A model generated the notes under the pieces. The model did not search any database. It was not told the origin of the DNA and was given only the letters and a program-made list of their open reading frames with translations. A DNA stretch of 64,000 nt from an uncultured Acidobacteriota bacterium (GTDB lineage Bacteria; Acidobacteriota; UBA6911; RPQK01; JAPXNP01): NCBI GenBank assembly GCA_963777605.1, contig CAVZRV010000007.1, positions 1,024,001 to 1,088,000 of the forward strand, written 5' to 3'. The translations under genes were made by a program, and so were the position numbers. Position 1 is the first letter of the stretch; every line of letters starts with the position of its first letter. Shown here piece by piece: positions 45,888 through 56,433 of the stretch.

Positions 45888-45970
45888 TCCTTTCTTTCAA
45901 CCTGACAGCTAGATTTAAACACTGTTGTGCTCGCCAATCTACCTTCAGGTGTGCGTGCTATGATCGGCCC

Positions 45971-46519
45971 GTGGCCGGCACTGGCGAAATTGCGGAGATT
46001 CTGTTCACGAAAGAGCAGATCCAGAGTTGCGTCGAGAGACTCGGCCGGCAAATCGAAAAGGATTACCAGGGACGCGAGTTGCTCGTGGTCGGGGTGCTGA
46101 GGGGGGCGGCGATCTTCCATGCCGACCTGGTCCGGTGCCTGAGCCCCTCCATTCGCATCGACTTCATTGCAGTGTCGAGCTACGGCGCATCCACCCAAAC
46201 CTCGGGCGAAGTAAAACTGATCAAAGATCTGGAAACCAGCGTGGGCGGCAGCAATCTCCTGTTGGTGGAGGACATCGTAGACACCGGCCTCACCCTCGAT
46301 TACCTGCTCCGGTTGCTGCGCAGCCGCAATCCCCGGTCGCTTCGGGTCTGCAGCCTGCTGTCCAAGCCCTCGAGACGTCAGGTGGATGTCGATATCGACT
46401 ACCTCGGTTTCGAAATTTCCGATCTTTTCGTGGTGGGTTACGGCCTTGACCTCGACCAGAGGTGCCGTAATCTCCCCTTCATTGGAGTCCCCAGCGAACC
46501 CCAAATCCCAAAGCGGTAA
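45971..46519 (+). CDS. hpt: Hypoxanthine phosphoribosyltransferase
   Basis: VEDIVDTGLT and FVVGYGLD motifs. Confidence 0.95.
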   Translation: MAGTGEIAEILFTKEQIQSCVERLGRQIEKDYQGRELLVVGVLRGAAIFHADLVRCLSPSIRIDFIAVSSYGASTQTSGEVKLIKDLETSVGGSNLLLVEDIVDTGLTLDYLLRLLRSRNPRSLRVCSLLSKPSRRQVDVDIDYLGFEISDLFVVGYGLDLDQRCRNLPFIGVPSEPQIPKR

Positions 46520-46532
46520 CCGTAAATCGTTC

Positions 46533-48566
46533 TTAGACTTCGACCAAGTCGAAATTCTCAATGTGCATCAGTGGATCGGTCATGATCGTGATCTGTTTCC
46601 GCGTCATGTCCCTGAGTTCATCCTGAACGAACCGATGACTCGACCGAAGCGCTTCTCCAACATCCGGGTGACAGCGAATGATCAATTCCTGCCCCGGCCC
46701 GAACGAACTCAACGAGCGTCGCACTTCACCATGGATCGCGTAGCAGACGGTCCGAACCGACTTGGTCATTCCGGTTCCATCGCAGTAGATACAGGGCTGG
46801 CAGAGACTCCGCTCGAGTGACTGCTTGACCCGCTTCCGGGTGATTGCCACCAGGCCGAACTCGTTAAAAGGGAGCACCTTGGAGGGGGACTTGTCTTTGC
46901 GCAGTTCGCCCTGCAGTGCGTCCCAGACCCGCTGCTGGTTGCGCGTGTCGTTCATGTCGATGAAATCGACGATGATGATGCCGCCGAGGTCGCGCAGGCG
47001 AATCTGCCGGACCACTTCCCGGACTGCGTCCAGGTTGGTTCGGGCGATGGTGTCCTCCAGCGAGTTGGTTTTGCCGACGTACTTGCCCGTGTTGACGTCA
47101 ATTGCGACCAGCGCTTCCGTTTGATTGAGCACGATGTAGCCGCCGTTCTTGAGCCAGACCTTGCTGCGCAGCCCGCGTTCGATCTCGGCGGTGACGGCAA
47201 ACTCGTCAAAAATGGGGTTGCGCTTAGTGTAGAGGCGGATCTTGCTTACCAGCGCGGGGTTGAAGTTGCTGATGAACTCGCAAATCCGCGCGTATTCTTC
47301 CTCGTCATCGACCCGGATGGCGCGGTAATCGTCCGAGAAGAAGTCCCGAATCACGCGCTGGACCATGTCCAGTTCGCTGTGCAGAAGCGTCGGCGCTGAT
47401 CCCCCTTCCGCCTTGTTCTTGACCTGTTCCCAAAGCCGGGTGAGGTAAACCATATCGGCCTTCAAATCGGCCCGGGTCTTCCCTTCCCCTGCGGTTCGGA
47501 CGATAAATCCTTTTTCGAGGTCCCCCCTCAGTTCGACGACCAGGTCACGCAACCGCTGCCGCTCCCTGGAGGAGTCGATCCGGCGGGACACGCCCACGTG
47601 GTTGACGGTAGGCATAAAGACCAGGTATCGCCCGGGGAGCACAATATGCGACGTAATCCGTGCCCCTTTTTTCGCGATCGGCTCCTTGGCAACCTGAACC
47701 ATGATCTCTTGGCCCTCTTTCAGCAAATCTCCGATCAGGGGAACACCACTCGAACCATCCCGTCGCCGGCCCCGGGAGCCGCTGTTGCGGGGGGAGGGGA
47801 AATTCTGTTCCGTCGAAGGGGCGTCCACGCGGGCCTTGCGGGTTGGGGTCCGACGCCGCGTGGGTCGTCGCGTCCGCTTGGGTGCAGGAGGAGCGGCCAC
47901 CGTAAGCTCATCGGGAATAATCTGGGGCGCCGGCAGGTACTCTTCACTGCCGGTCAATCTCGTGGTCGGGAACTGGGCCTGGAATTCGAGTGCTTCGGGC
48001 AGGACCTGGGGGATGGCCTCCGGCTTCAATACCGTGACGGGCGGTAGCACCGGGACAGCAGTGGGAGGGGCCTCTGCCGGAGCCGGAGCCGGTTCCCTGG
48101 TTTTCTCGCTTCCGGCGGAAGAAGAATCGGCGGTTGCTTGTGTCTGAGCGGATTCGGCGCCGGGCCCCGAGTCTTCCGTGCGACTTTCCTCGTCGCGCCA
48201 CTGCGAAGAACGACGTCCTCGCCGCCCTCGCCGCGAGCGCCGCTCATCACTGGTTCGCTCGGTCCGCTGCTCTTCCTCGACGGCCGGCTCTTCCTCGAGC
48301 GAGTCGGTCACCTTCAGAAGATCTTCGTAGTCCTGGTAGTCTTCGAAGAAGTCGGTGACGTAAAGGAAGGCGTTGCGTTCCAGACCAATATCGACGAAAG
48401 CCGCCTGCATTCCAGGCAGAACGCGTGTGACTTTACCTTTGTAAACATTTCCGAGGATGTTGCGGGTCTGTTCCGATTCGATGAAGATTTCGGTTACCTG
48501 ATCATCCTCAACAATCGCTACTCTTTTCTCAAGGTTCGTCGCACTGACGACCAACTCCTTGGACAT
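46533..48566 (-). CDS. Rne/Rng family ribonuclease with long low-complexity insertion
   Basis: GNVYKGKV..PGMQAAFVDIG, IDVNTG and GGIIIVDFIDM motifs. Confidence 0.93.
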   Translation of the reverse strand: MSKELVVSATNLEKRVAIVEDDQVTEIFIESEQTRNILGNVYKGKVTRVLPGMQAAFVDIGLERNAFLYVTDFFEDYQDYEDLLKVTDSLEEEPAVEEEQRTERTSDERRSRRGRRGRRSSQWRDEESRTEDSGPGAESAQTQATADSSSAGSEKTREPAPAPAEAPPTAVPVLPPVTVLKPEAIPQVLPEALEFQAQFPTTRLTGSEEYLPAPQIIPDELTVAAPPAPKRTRRPTRRRTPTRKARVDAPSTEQNFPSPRNSGSRGRRRDGSSGVPLIGDLLKEGQEIMVQVAKEPIAKKGARITSHIVLPGRYLVFMPTVNHVGVSRRIDSSRERQRLRDLVVELRGDLEKGFIVRTAGEGKTRADLKADMVYLTRLWEQVKNKAEGGSAPTLLHSELDMVQRVIRDFFSDDYRAIRVDDEEEYARICEFISNFNPALVSKIRLYTKRNPIFDEFAVTAEIERGLRSKVWLKNGGYIVLNQTEALVAIDVNTGKYVGKTNSLEDTIARTNLDAVREVVRQIRLRDLGGIIIVDFIDMNDTRNQQRVWDALQGELRKDKSPSKVLPFNEFGLVAITRKRVKQSLERSLCQPCIYCDGTGMTKSVRTVCYAIHGEVRRSLSSFGPGQELIIRCHPDVGEALRSSHRFVQDELRDMTRKQITIMTDPLMHIENFDLVEV

Positions 48567-49003
48567 CGAATTCTCCTTCGAACAGGTACAATCCACCTAT
48601 CCGTATGGAGAAGAATCTCGGGAAAGACACCGGCAGACTACTCTCCCGCCGGAGAATGAATCGAGCGCAAATTAAAAACCGATACATCCGGCTTAGCAAA
48701 CCGGGAAGGGCCGATCACGTCGGGAAACAGGCCGCACTGATCCGGATTCCCCATCAATCCGGCGGTTGACAGAACGCCTTTGCCGACACTCAAATACCGA
48801 GGAGGTCTGATCATCCCGGGGCCCTGAAACTCTTTGTTTGTTGCGTCGAAATCGTTGAACACTTAACCCGACAAACTTCTCAAAAAACCAAACATAAGCC
48901 GTCGCTTACGACAGCCGACGGCATGCAAGTAGCAAGCTCTAAAATGCAGACTAATCCACTAGTCTGCCAAATTCGCTAGGTCCTGAATCGGCCTATGTAA
49001 ACA

Positions 49004-49033
49004 ATTATAGCGATCACTGCAAATATCTCGCAA
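49004..49033 (-). promoter_or_regulatory. Sigma70-type promoter for the Rne/Rng gene
   Basis: Minus strand reads TTGCGA-18 bp-TATAAT. Confidence 0.65.
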
Positions 49034-49066
49034 GCCTTGATTCGCGCACAGCGGTGGGGCCTTCCC

Positions 49067-50401
49067 CTAAACTGACACGAAATCGACGTCTTCGATCAGG
49101 AGATACTCGTCATCGATCTCCGAGACGAGGCCCTGCACCAGCCGGTTTCCGGGGATCTCCGGGGGGACCAGGGCCTTGAGATAATTGCCCGTAAGTCCTT
49201 CCCGTCGTCCCTTCCTCTCGTCGGTAAGAGTCAGCAGCGATACGTGACGTCCTTTGTACTGTCGCCGGAATTCCCCCAGCTTAGCCTGTCCGATCTCTCT
49301 CAGTTCAGCTGACCGGCGGGCGATGACAGCGGGAGAGACCTTGCCATCCATTTCGGATGCTTCAGTCCCCGGCCGATCGCTGTAAGGGAAGACGTGCACG
49401 TAAGTGAAAGGGCCTTCTTCGAGGACACGGCAGGTTGCGGCATGGTCCTCCTCAGTTTCGCCAGGGAACCCAACGATTAAGTCGGTTCCGATGGAGGCGT
49501 CAGGTATCGTGCCGCGAATCGCGTCAACGATGTTGAGGAATCGGCTGGTGTTGTACGGACGCAACATCCGGCGCAGGATGCGGTCAGAGCCACTCTGCAG
49601 GCAGATGTGGAAATGATGTGCAATCCTGGGATTTGCCGCGGCCAGGGCGATGACGCGGCGTGACAGTTCCATCGGTTCAATTGAGCTCAGTCGAAGCTGT
49701 CCCAAACCGGGCACCTCAACGATCCTTTCCAGGAGCTGGTCGAGCCGGAATCGTGGCTTGAGATAGATGCCGTAGGTACCGATGTGAATGCCGGTCAGGA
49801 CGATCTCCTGAAATCCGGCCTCCACCAGTTCTTGGACCTGTCCCAGTACCTGGTCGGGGGGGACGCTTCGGCTGGGGCCCCGGACGGAGGGGATGATGCA
49901 GTAGGTGCAGCGGGCGTCGCAGCCGTCCTGGATCTTCACGAAGGGACGGGTCTTGCCCCCGACCTGGGTTGCCGGCGCCAGGTCGATGCTGCGCACTTTC
50001 TCAAACGAATCACGGTAAATCGTCGCCAGTTGTTGCCGGTAGCCTCCGGTGCCGCCGGCGTGCGGATCGGTTGCGATTTCAACCAGATCCTGTTTCCGGG
50101 TGTTTCCGACGACGGCATCGAGCCCACTGATCCGGGCCAGGCGCTCAGGGGCGCGCTGGGCAAAGCACCCGGTGACGATGATTCGGGCAGTTGGATTCTC
50201 TCGGCGCATTTTCCGCGTCAGTTGCCGAACTTGCTGATCGGAGCGGTGGGTGACCGTACAGGAGTTCAGTACGATCACATCGGCGTCTCGATGACATTCC
50301 GCCTCTTCGAAGGAGGCATCGACGAAATCCTGGCGGATCGCCGCGCTGTCGGCCTGGTTGGTGCGACAGCCAAAGGTGGAAATGAAGAACTTGCGGCTCA
50401 T
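49067..50401 (-). CDS. mtaB: tRNA t6A37 methylthiotransferase
   Basis: TFGCRTNQ, NSCTVT, KIQDGCDARCTYC and LTGIHIG motifs. Confidence 0.92.
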   Translation of the reverse strand: MSRKFFISTFGCRTNQADSAAIRQDFVDASFEEAECHRDADVIVLNSCTVTHRSDQQVRQLTRKMRRENPTARIIVTGCFAQRAPERLARISGLDAVVGNTRKQDLVEIATDPHAGGTGGYRQQLATIYRDSFEKVRSIDLAPATQVGGKTRPFVKIQDGCDARCTYCIIPSVRGPSRSVPPDQVLGQVQELVEAGFQEIVLTGIHIGTYGIYLKPRFRLDQLLERIVEVPGLGQLRLSSIEPMELSRRVIALAAANPRIAHHFHICLQSGSDRILRRMLRPYNTSRFLNIVDAIRGTIPDASIGTDLIVGFPGETEEDHAATCRVLEEGPFTYVHVFPYSDRPGTEASEMDGKVSPAVIARRSAELREIGQAKLGEFRRQYKGRHVSLLTLTDERKGRREGLTGNYLKALVPPEIPGNRLVQGLVSEIDDEYLLIEDVDFVSV

Positions 50402-50431
50402 GGTTTCAGGTTCCGGTCTATCCAAAATCGA

Positions 50432-51466
50432 TTAACTCTGTTCGAGGCAGGCAAGCTGCCCGCAGGCGGCAGACACGTCGTCGCCTCGCGTCTTTCGAAC
50501 GAATCCGGTGATCCCGTGCTCGGACAGAACCGCCTGGAAGTTTCGGACCCGCGATTCGTCCGGGCGGTCGTGGGGCAGGCCGGGGTTGGGGTTGTAAGGG
50601 ATCAGGTTCACTTTGGCCGGGATCCCGCGCAGCAGCCGGGCCAACCGGAATGCGTCTTCGTCCCGGTCCGTTTCGTCCCGGAGCAGCACGTATTCAATCG
50701 TGATTCTCCGACGGGGCTCGAGCGGGAATCCTCTCAGCGTCTCGAGCAGTTCCGCGATCGGCCATTTTCGGTTGATCGGCATGACCTGGTCCCGGATCTC
50801 GTTGGTAGTCGCATTCAGGGAGACCGCCAGGTTGGGCAGGAGAGGCTCTTCCATCATCCGCCTCAGGACGGGCACCACCCCGGACGTCGAGACGGTGATC
50901 TTCCGGTAGGAGAGGTTCATCCCGGTTTCGTCAACAAGGAGACGGAACGCCTTCATGACATTCTGATAGTTGTAGAGGGGTTCCCCCATCCCCATGAAGA
51001 CAATGTTGAAACCCTGCTCCGAGATGCGTCCGTCCCGGATGACCCGTAGAACCTGGCCCACGATTTCGCCCGCCCGAAGGTTCCTCTGGAATCCCATCTG
51101 TGCCGTCATGCAAAACGTGCAGCCGACGGCACAACCGACCTGAGACGAAATGCACAGCGTGTTGCGCTCTTCATCGGGAATGTGGACGGCCTCGATGAAC
51201 TGACCGTCTTCGAGGCGGAACAGGTACTTGCAGGTCCCGTCGCCCGACTCGGTCTTGCGGTGGATCTCGGGCAACCCGATGTGGTGGTAGTCTGAGAGCC
51301 GCGCGCGAAAAGACCGTGCCAAATCAGTCATCGAGTCGAAGTCCAGCGCCTTTCGCCGGTACAGGTGGGCGTAGAGCTGGCGGCCCCGGAAGGGTTTCTC
51401 CCCCAGAGAAAGTGCGACGTTCTCCAACTCTGTTTGGTCGAGTCCGATCAAGTTGCCTGGCTTCAT
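50432..51466 (-). CDS. rlmN: 23S rRNA (A2503-C2)-methyltransferase
   Basis: SSQVGCAVGCTFC, MGMGEP and AACGQL motifs. Confidence 0.95.
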   Translation of the reverse strand: MKPGNLIGLDQTELENVALSLGEKPFRGRQLYAHLYRRKALDFDSMTDLARSFRARLSDYHHIGLPEIHRKTESGDGTCKYLFRLEDGQFIEAVHIPDEERNTLCISSQVGCAVGCTFCMTAQMGFQRNLRAGEIVGQVLRVIRDGRISEQGFNIVFMGMGEPLYNYQNVMKAFRLLVDETGMNLSYRKITVSTSGVVPVLRRMMEEPLLPNLAVSLNATTNEIRDQVMPINRKWPIAELLETLRGFPLEPRRRITIEYVLLRDETDRDEDAFRLARLLRGIPAKVNLIPYNPNPGLPHDRPDESRVRNFQAVLSEHGITGFVRKTRGDDVSAACGQLACLEQS

Positions 51467-51552
51467 GTCTGTGCGATCATTATAGCGAGGTGGCGGCGCG
51501 ATCCCTCGGCATTGTCATCCCTTTAGGGTTGAATACCTCCAGTAAACGGCTT

Positions 51553-52335
51553 ATGAGAATCGTTGTCCTGGGCAGTGGAAGCGGCGGCAATTGTACCTGC
51601 GTTGAATCGCGGCAGACACGACTGCTGATCGACGCCGGGTTCGGCATCCGAAGCCTGGATCGCCGTTTTGCCGAGTCGGGGCTCCCTCCGTCGCCGGTTG
51701 ACGGCATCCTGATTACGCACGGGCACAACGATCACGTCGCGGGCGTCCCTTCCCTGGTGCGCAGACACCGTTGCGTGGTTTATTCGAGTGAGGGTACCCG
51801 CCGGGAGACTTCCCACCTGGCCAATCTCGATCGGCACGAGACTTTGAAGGAAGGCGAGACCGTGCAGATCGGCGATATTCAGATCACTCCTTTTCCGACG
51901 CCCCACGATGCCGCCCAACCGGTGGGATATCGCATTGAATCGGAGGGAGTTCGGGGAATCCTCGCAACCGACCTGGGCGAGGTAACTCCGGAACTGATCG
52001 AACATTCCAGGGGTTGCCACTGGATGGTCCTGGAGTCGAACCACGACGAAGAAATGTTGCGCCTGGGTCCCTACCCCTGGGACCTGAAGCGCCGCGTGCT
52101 GGGAAGGTACGGTCACCTGTCCAACGACGCCCTGGCCGATTTCCTGCTGGGTCCATTCGACGGTACGGCCTCCCACCTTTTTCTTGCCCACCTGAGCCGC
52201 AAGAACAATCTCCCTGAACTGGCTTTCGACACCGCCTCGCGGGTCCTTGGTGAACGGGCAATGCGGACCCGGCGCAACGGCGTCCACGTTCACTTGACTG
52301 ACCAAATCAAACCCTCCATAGTGATAAATCTATGA
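51553..52335 (+). CDS. MBL-fold metallo-hydrolase (YycJ/WalJ-like)
   Basis: GSGSGGN, THGHNDH, LESNHD, GHLSN and AHLS motifs. Confidence 0.9.
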   Translation: MRIVVLGSGSGGNCTCVESRQTRLLIDAGFGIRSLDRRFAESGLPPSPVDGILITHGHNDHVAGVPSLVRRHRCVVYSSEGTRRETSHLANLDRHETLKEGETVQIGDIQITPFPTPHDAAQPVGYRIESEGVRGILATDLGEVTPELIEHSRGCHWMVLESNHDEEMLRLGPYPWDLKRRVLGRYGHLSNDALADFLLGPFDGTASHLFLAHLSRKNNLPELAFDTASRVLGERAMRTRRNGVHVHLTDQIKPSIVINL

Positions 52336-53630
52336 TCGCGCGGTACACGACTCCCGAGATGGCGCAAGTCTGGTCGGACGAGCGCAAGTTCAGGGCATGG
52401 CTGGAAGTAGAAATTGCCGTGTCCGAAGTGCTCGCCGAACGGGGCGAGATTCCCAGCGAAGCTGTCGCGGTGATTCGTGAAAAGGCCGATTTTTCGGTTG
52501 AGCGAATCAAGGAGATTGAGAAGATCACCCGTCACGACGTGATCGCCTTCACGACGGCGGTTGCCGAGCACATCGGCCCCGAATCCCGTTTTGTCCATTT
52601 AGGGCTAACGTCAACCGACGTCGTTGACACGGCTCAGGCGCTTCAGGTCAGGGAAGCTTCCGAGCTGATTGAAACCGAATTGGTTCGATTGCTTGCAGTG
52701 CTCAACGAACAGGCCCACCGTTACCGTGACACCCCGATGATTGGTCGAACTCACGGAGTTCATGCGGAGCCGACCACGCTCGGGCTGAAGCTGGCCGTCT
52801 GGTATTCGGAGATGGAGCGGAACCTGGAGCGGTTTCGGCACGCACGCGCTGGTCTGGAAGTCGGCAAGATCAGCGGGCCGGTCGGTTCCTACACTCACCT
52901 TCCTCCGGAGGTCGAGGAAGCCGCCTGCCGGAAACTGGGCATTGCTTACGCCAACGTATCGACCCAGACGCTTCAGCGTGACCGACATGCCGAGTACATC
53001 TGTGCTCTCGCCATCCTGGGCGCGACCTACGACAAGATCGCGACCGAAATCCGGCACCTCCAGCGGACCGAAGTCCGGGAGGCTTCCGAGCCCTTCGGCA
53101 AGGGGCAGAAGGGGAGTTCGGCCATGCCCCACAAGCGCAACCCGGTGACCTGCGAACAGGTCAGTGGGTTGTCCAGGGTCCTCCGGGCCAACGCCGTAGT
53201 CGCGCTCGACAACGTGCCTCTGTGGCACGAGCGTGACATTTCTCATTCTTCGGCGGAAAGGGTCATCCTGCCGGACAGCACGACCCTGGCCCACTATCTC
53301 ACCCGGAAGGTTATTTGGCTGATCGGTGGACTGGTGGTCGATTCCGAGCAGATGATCCACAACCTCGACCTGATGGGGGGCCTGATCTATTCGGGCACCC
53401 TCCTGCTCGAACTGGTGCGCAAGGGTGTCCTTCGGGAAACGGGATATCAGTGGGTCCAGCGCAACGCCATGCGGGTCTGGGACGAGGGAGCCGACTTCAA
53501 GAGCCTGATCCTCGCGGACGAAGACATCCGCCGCCACCTGAGCGAAGAGGACATCAATCGGACGTTCGATCTCACCGAAAAGCTCAAGTATGCCCCCGTC
53601 GTCTTCAAGCGAGTGTTTGGAGAAGAATGA
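52332..53630 (+). CDS. purB: Adenylosuccinate lyase
   Basis: GRTHGVHAEP and GSSAMPHKRNP motifs. Confidence 0.97.
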   Translation: MIARYTTPEMAQVWSDERKFRAWLEVEIAVSEVLAERGEIPSEAVAVIREKADFSVERIKEIEKITRHDVIAFTTAVAEHIGPESRFVHLGLTSTDVVDTAQALQVREASELIETELVRLLAVLNEQAHRYRDTPMIGRTHGVHAEPTTLGLKLAVWYSEMERNLERFRHARAGLEVGKISGPVGSYTHLPPEVEEAACRKLGIAYANVSTQTLQRDRHAEYICALAILGATYDKIATEIRHLQRTEVREASEPFGKGQKGSSAMPHKRNPVTCEQVSGLSRVLRANAVVALDNVPLWHERDISHSSAERVILPDSTTLAHYLTRKVIWLIGGLVVDSEQMIHNLDLMGGLIYSGTLLLELVRKGVLRETGYQWVQRNAMRVWDEGADFKSLILADEDIRRHLSEEDINRTFDLTEKLKYAPVVFKRVFGEE

Positions 53631-55024
53631 GGCCCGATCCTCTATTTCTGAGCGCCGACAATCTGGCCCTGTGTACTGACCTGTATGAGTTGACGATGGC
53701 TGCGGCCTACCTGCGGGCAGGAGTGGCCGGGCGAGAGGCCGTTTTCGAACTCTACACGCGCGAACTGCCCCGGCGGAGAGGTTTTCTGCTTGCTGCGGGA
53801 CTGGAGCAGGCCCTTCACTATCTGACGAAAGCCCGTTTCACGGGAAGGTCGATCGACGCTCTCAGGAACTTGCCGGTTTTCAGCCAGGTGGACGATGCTT
53901 TCTTTGAATACCTGAGGGGCTTTCGATTCACGGGTGATGTCTGGGCGATGCCGGAAGGAACGCCCTTCTTCGGCAACGAACCGATCATGCAAGTCCGAGC
54001 TCCGGTGATCGAGGCACAGGTCGTAGAGACCCTTCTGATCAACACTCTCAATGTCCAGAGCATGGTGGCGACCAAAGCCGCCCGCTTCTGCCGGGCCGCC
54101 GGAGACCGCCCCGTGGTCGATTTCGGCAGTCGCCGGGCCCACGGGCCGCAAACGTCGGTGCTGGCAGCGCGGGCCGCCTACCTGGGTGGCTGTGCCGGGA
54201 CCAGCAACGTTCTGGCGGGGGTTGAGGTGGGGATTCCAGTCATGGGCACGATGGCTCATTCTTTCGTCCAGTTCTTCGACAACGAAGAGGAGGCATTTCG
54301 ACGCTTCCAGGAAACCTTCCCCAATGACACGGTTCTCCTGGTGGATACTTACGACGCGGAACAGGGGACCCGGCGGGCCGCCGCAATGCCCGGTGAGATT
54401 GCGGGTATTCGCCTCGACAGTGGTGACCTGGCCTCGCTCTCCCGCCGCTCGCGGCAGATCCTGGACGAGTACGGCCGGCCGGATGCCCGGATCCTGGCCA
54501 GCAGCGGCCTGCACGAAGAGGACCTGCTCGAGTTCGGGCGGCTCGATCTCCCGGTTGACGGTTACGGCGTGGGCACCGATCTCGTGGTTCCATCCGACGC
54601 TCCGGGTTGCGACCTGATCTACAAGCTGGTCGAAGTGGAGACCGCGGAGGGGCCTTCCGCACCCCGTTTTAAGGCCAGTACCGCCAAGGTTACCTATCCC
54701 CACCGGAAACAGGTGCACCGTTCATTCGAAAACGGGAAGGCCGTCGGAGACCTGATCACCCGGTTTGATGAAGCCCTGCCGGAGGGCTTCGAGGGAAGCT
54801 GCCCGTTGCTCTCTCAATATTTGAATCGGGGCGAGCTGTGCGTAGAATTGCCCCAGGTGAGCGAGATACGAAAAACTGCGGCGAAGCGGTTGGCGGCGCT
54901 GCCCGATTCTCTCTTCGGGAGCGAGCTTCGGGAACCCTACCCGGTCCGGTTCAGCAGGGCACTGGAGCAGGCGCTCGAACTCCTGACGGAGCGGTACACC
55001 CCGGACAACGGGCCATCGAGGTGA
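53627..55024 (+). CDS. pncB: Nicotinate phosphoribosyltransferase
   Basis: TDLYELTM, DFGSRRAH, GTMAHS and IRLDSG motifs. Confidence 0.93.
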   Translation: MRPDPLFLSADNLALCTDLYELTMAAAYLRAGVAGREAVFELYTRELPRRRGFLLAAGLEQALHYLTKARFTGRSIDALRNLPVFSQVDDAFFEYLRGFRFTGDVWAMPEGTPFFGNEPIMQVRAPVIEAQVVETLLINTLNVQSMVATKAARFCRAAGDRPVVDFGSRRAHGPQTSVLAARAAYLGGCAGTSNVLAGVEVGIPVMGTMAHSFVQFFDNEEEAFRRFQETFPNDTVLLVDTYDAEQGTRRAAAMPGEIAGIRLDSGDLASLSRRSRQILDEYGRPDARILASSGLHEEDLLEFGRLDLPVDGYGVGTDLVVPSDAPGCDLIYKLVEVETAEGPSAPRFKASTAKVTYPHRKQVHRSFENGKAVGDLITRFDEALPEGFEGSCPLLSQYLNRGELCVELPQVSEIRKTAAKRLAALPDSLFGSELREPYPVRFSRALEQALELLTERYTPDNGPSR

Positions 55025-55027
55025 CAC

Positions 55028-56410
55028 ATGGACAAAGTGATCAACTACATTGAGGGGAACTCAGAGCGATATCTCGACGAGCTTAGAGAATTTCTCCGGA
55101 TTGCCAGTATCAGTGCCGACAAGGGACGTCGGGAGGACATCCACCAGGCGGCCGAGTTCGTTGCTTCCCAGTTGAAGCAGGCCGGGATCGGTACGGTGGA
55201 GATCCACCCGACAGCCGGGAATCCCCTCGTTTACGGGGAGGCCACGGTTGATGCCTCCAAGCCCACCGTTCTGATCTACGGCCACTATGATGTTCAGCCG
55301 GTCGATCCGGTGGAGTTGTGGGAGTCGGGGCCTTTTGAACCGACGGTCCGCAACGGCCGGATCTATGCTCGGGGCGCTTCCGACGACAAGGGGCAAATGT
55401 TGGTTCACTTCAAGAGCATCGAAGCGCTCCGCAAGGTCAATGGGAGCCTCCCCCTCAACCTCAAGTTCGTCATCGAGGGGGAAGAAGAAATCGGCAGCCC
55501 GAACCTCGACCAGTTCATCGGGCGCAATCGTGACCGGCTGAAGTGCGATGTCGTGTTGATTTCCGACACCGCAATGTTTGCCAGAGGGGTTCCTTCGATT
55601 TGCAACGGTCTTCGCGGGCTGGCCTATATGGAGGTCAGGCTGCAGGGACCCAAGGGCGACCTGCACTCCGGCTCCTTCGGCGGCCCCGTACACAACCCGG
55701 CGGCGGTCCTGGTCGAAATTCTCGCTTCGATGAAGGACGAGCATGGAAAAGTAACCATTCCGCACTTTTACGACGATGTGGTCCCCCTGGGTACTCGTGA
55801 GAGGCAGGAGTGGGCCGCGCTTCCTTTTGACGTGGAGGAGTACAAGCGGGAACTGGGTGTCGAAGCGCTCAACGGTGAAGAAGGGTACACTCCCCTCGAA
55901 CAGCTGTGGGCCCGTCCCACACTTGAGATCAACGGGCTACTCAGTGGTTTCACGGGAGAGGGTGCCAAGACGGTGCTTCCGGCACGGGCGATGGCCAAGG
56001 TGAGCATGCGGCTCGTCCCGAACCAGGATCCTGGGAAGATAGAGAAACTATTCGAAGCCTACGTGCGCGAAGTCGCTCCTGCCAGCGTGAAGGTTCAGGT
56101 CAAGAACTTGCATGGGGGACGGCCGTGGGTGGCCTCTCTCGACCACCCGGCCCTGGTTTGTGCGGCCAACGCCATCGAAAAAGCATTCGGCAAGCGTCCC
56201 GTGTTTCAGCGGGAAGGGGGCTCGATTCCTATCGTGGCCACCTTCAGTGAATTGCTCGGCGCCCCCAGCGTCCTGATGGGATTCGGCCTGCCGGATGAGA
56301 ATGCCCACGCGCCCAATGAGAATCTGGACCTGGGGAACTTCTACGGAGGGATCAAGAGCTCTGCCTACTTCCTGGATGAACTGGGCCAGGCGGCCCTGGA
56401 TGAATCCTGA
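55028..56410 (+). CDS. M20 family dipeptidase
   Basis: YGHYDVQP, RGASDDKG, EGEEEIGS and HAPNE motifs. Confidence 0.92.
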   Translation: MDKVINYIEGNSERYLDELREFLRIASISADKGRREDIHQAAEFVASQLKQAGIGTVEIHPTAGNPLVYGEATVDASKPTVLIYGHYDVQPVDPVELWESGPFEPTVRNGRIYARGASDDKGQMLVHFKSIEALRKVNGSLPLNLKFVIEGEEEIGSPNLDQFIGRNRDRLKCDVVLISDTAMFARGVPSICNGLRGLAYMEVRLQGPKGDLHSGSFGGPVHNPAAVLVEILASMKDEHGKVTIPHFYDDVVPLGTRERQEWAALPFDVEEYKRELGVEALNGEEGYTPLEQLWARPTLEINGLLSGFTGEGAKTVLPARAMAKVSMRLVPNQDPGKIEKLFEAYVREVAPASVKVQVKNLHGGRPWVASLDHPALVCAANAIEKAFGKRPVFQREGGSIPIVATFSELLGAPSVLMGFGLPDENAHAPNENLDLGNFYGGIKSSAYFLDELGQAALDES

Positions 56411-56433
56411 GGGGCACGCTCTAATACGAAACA

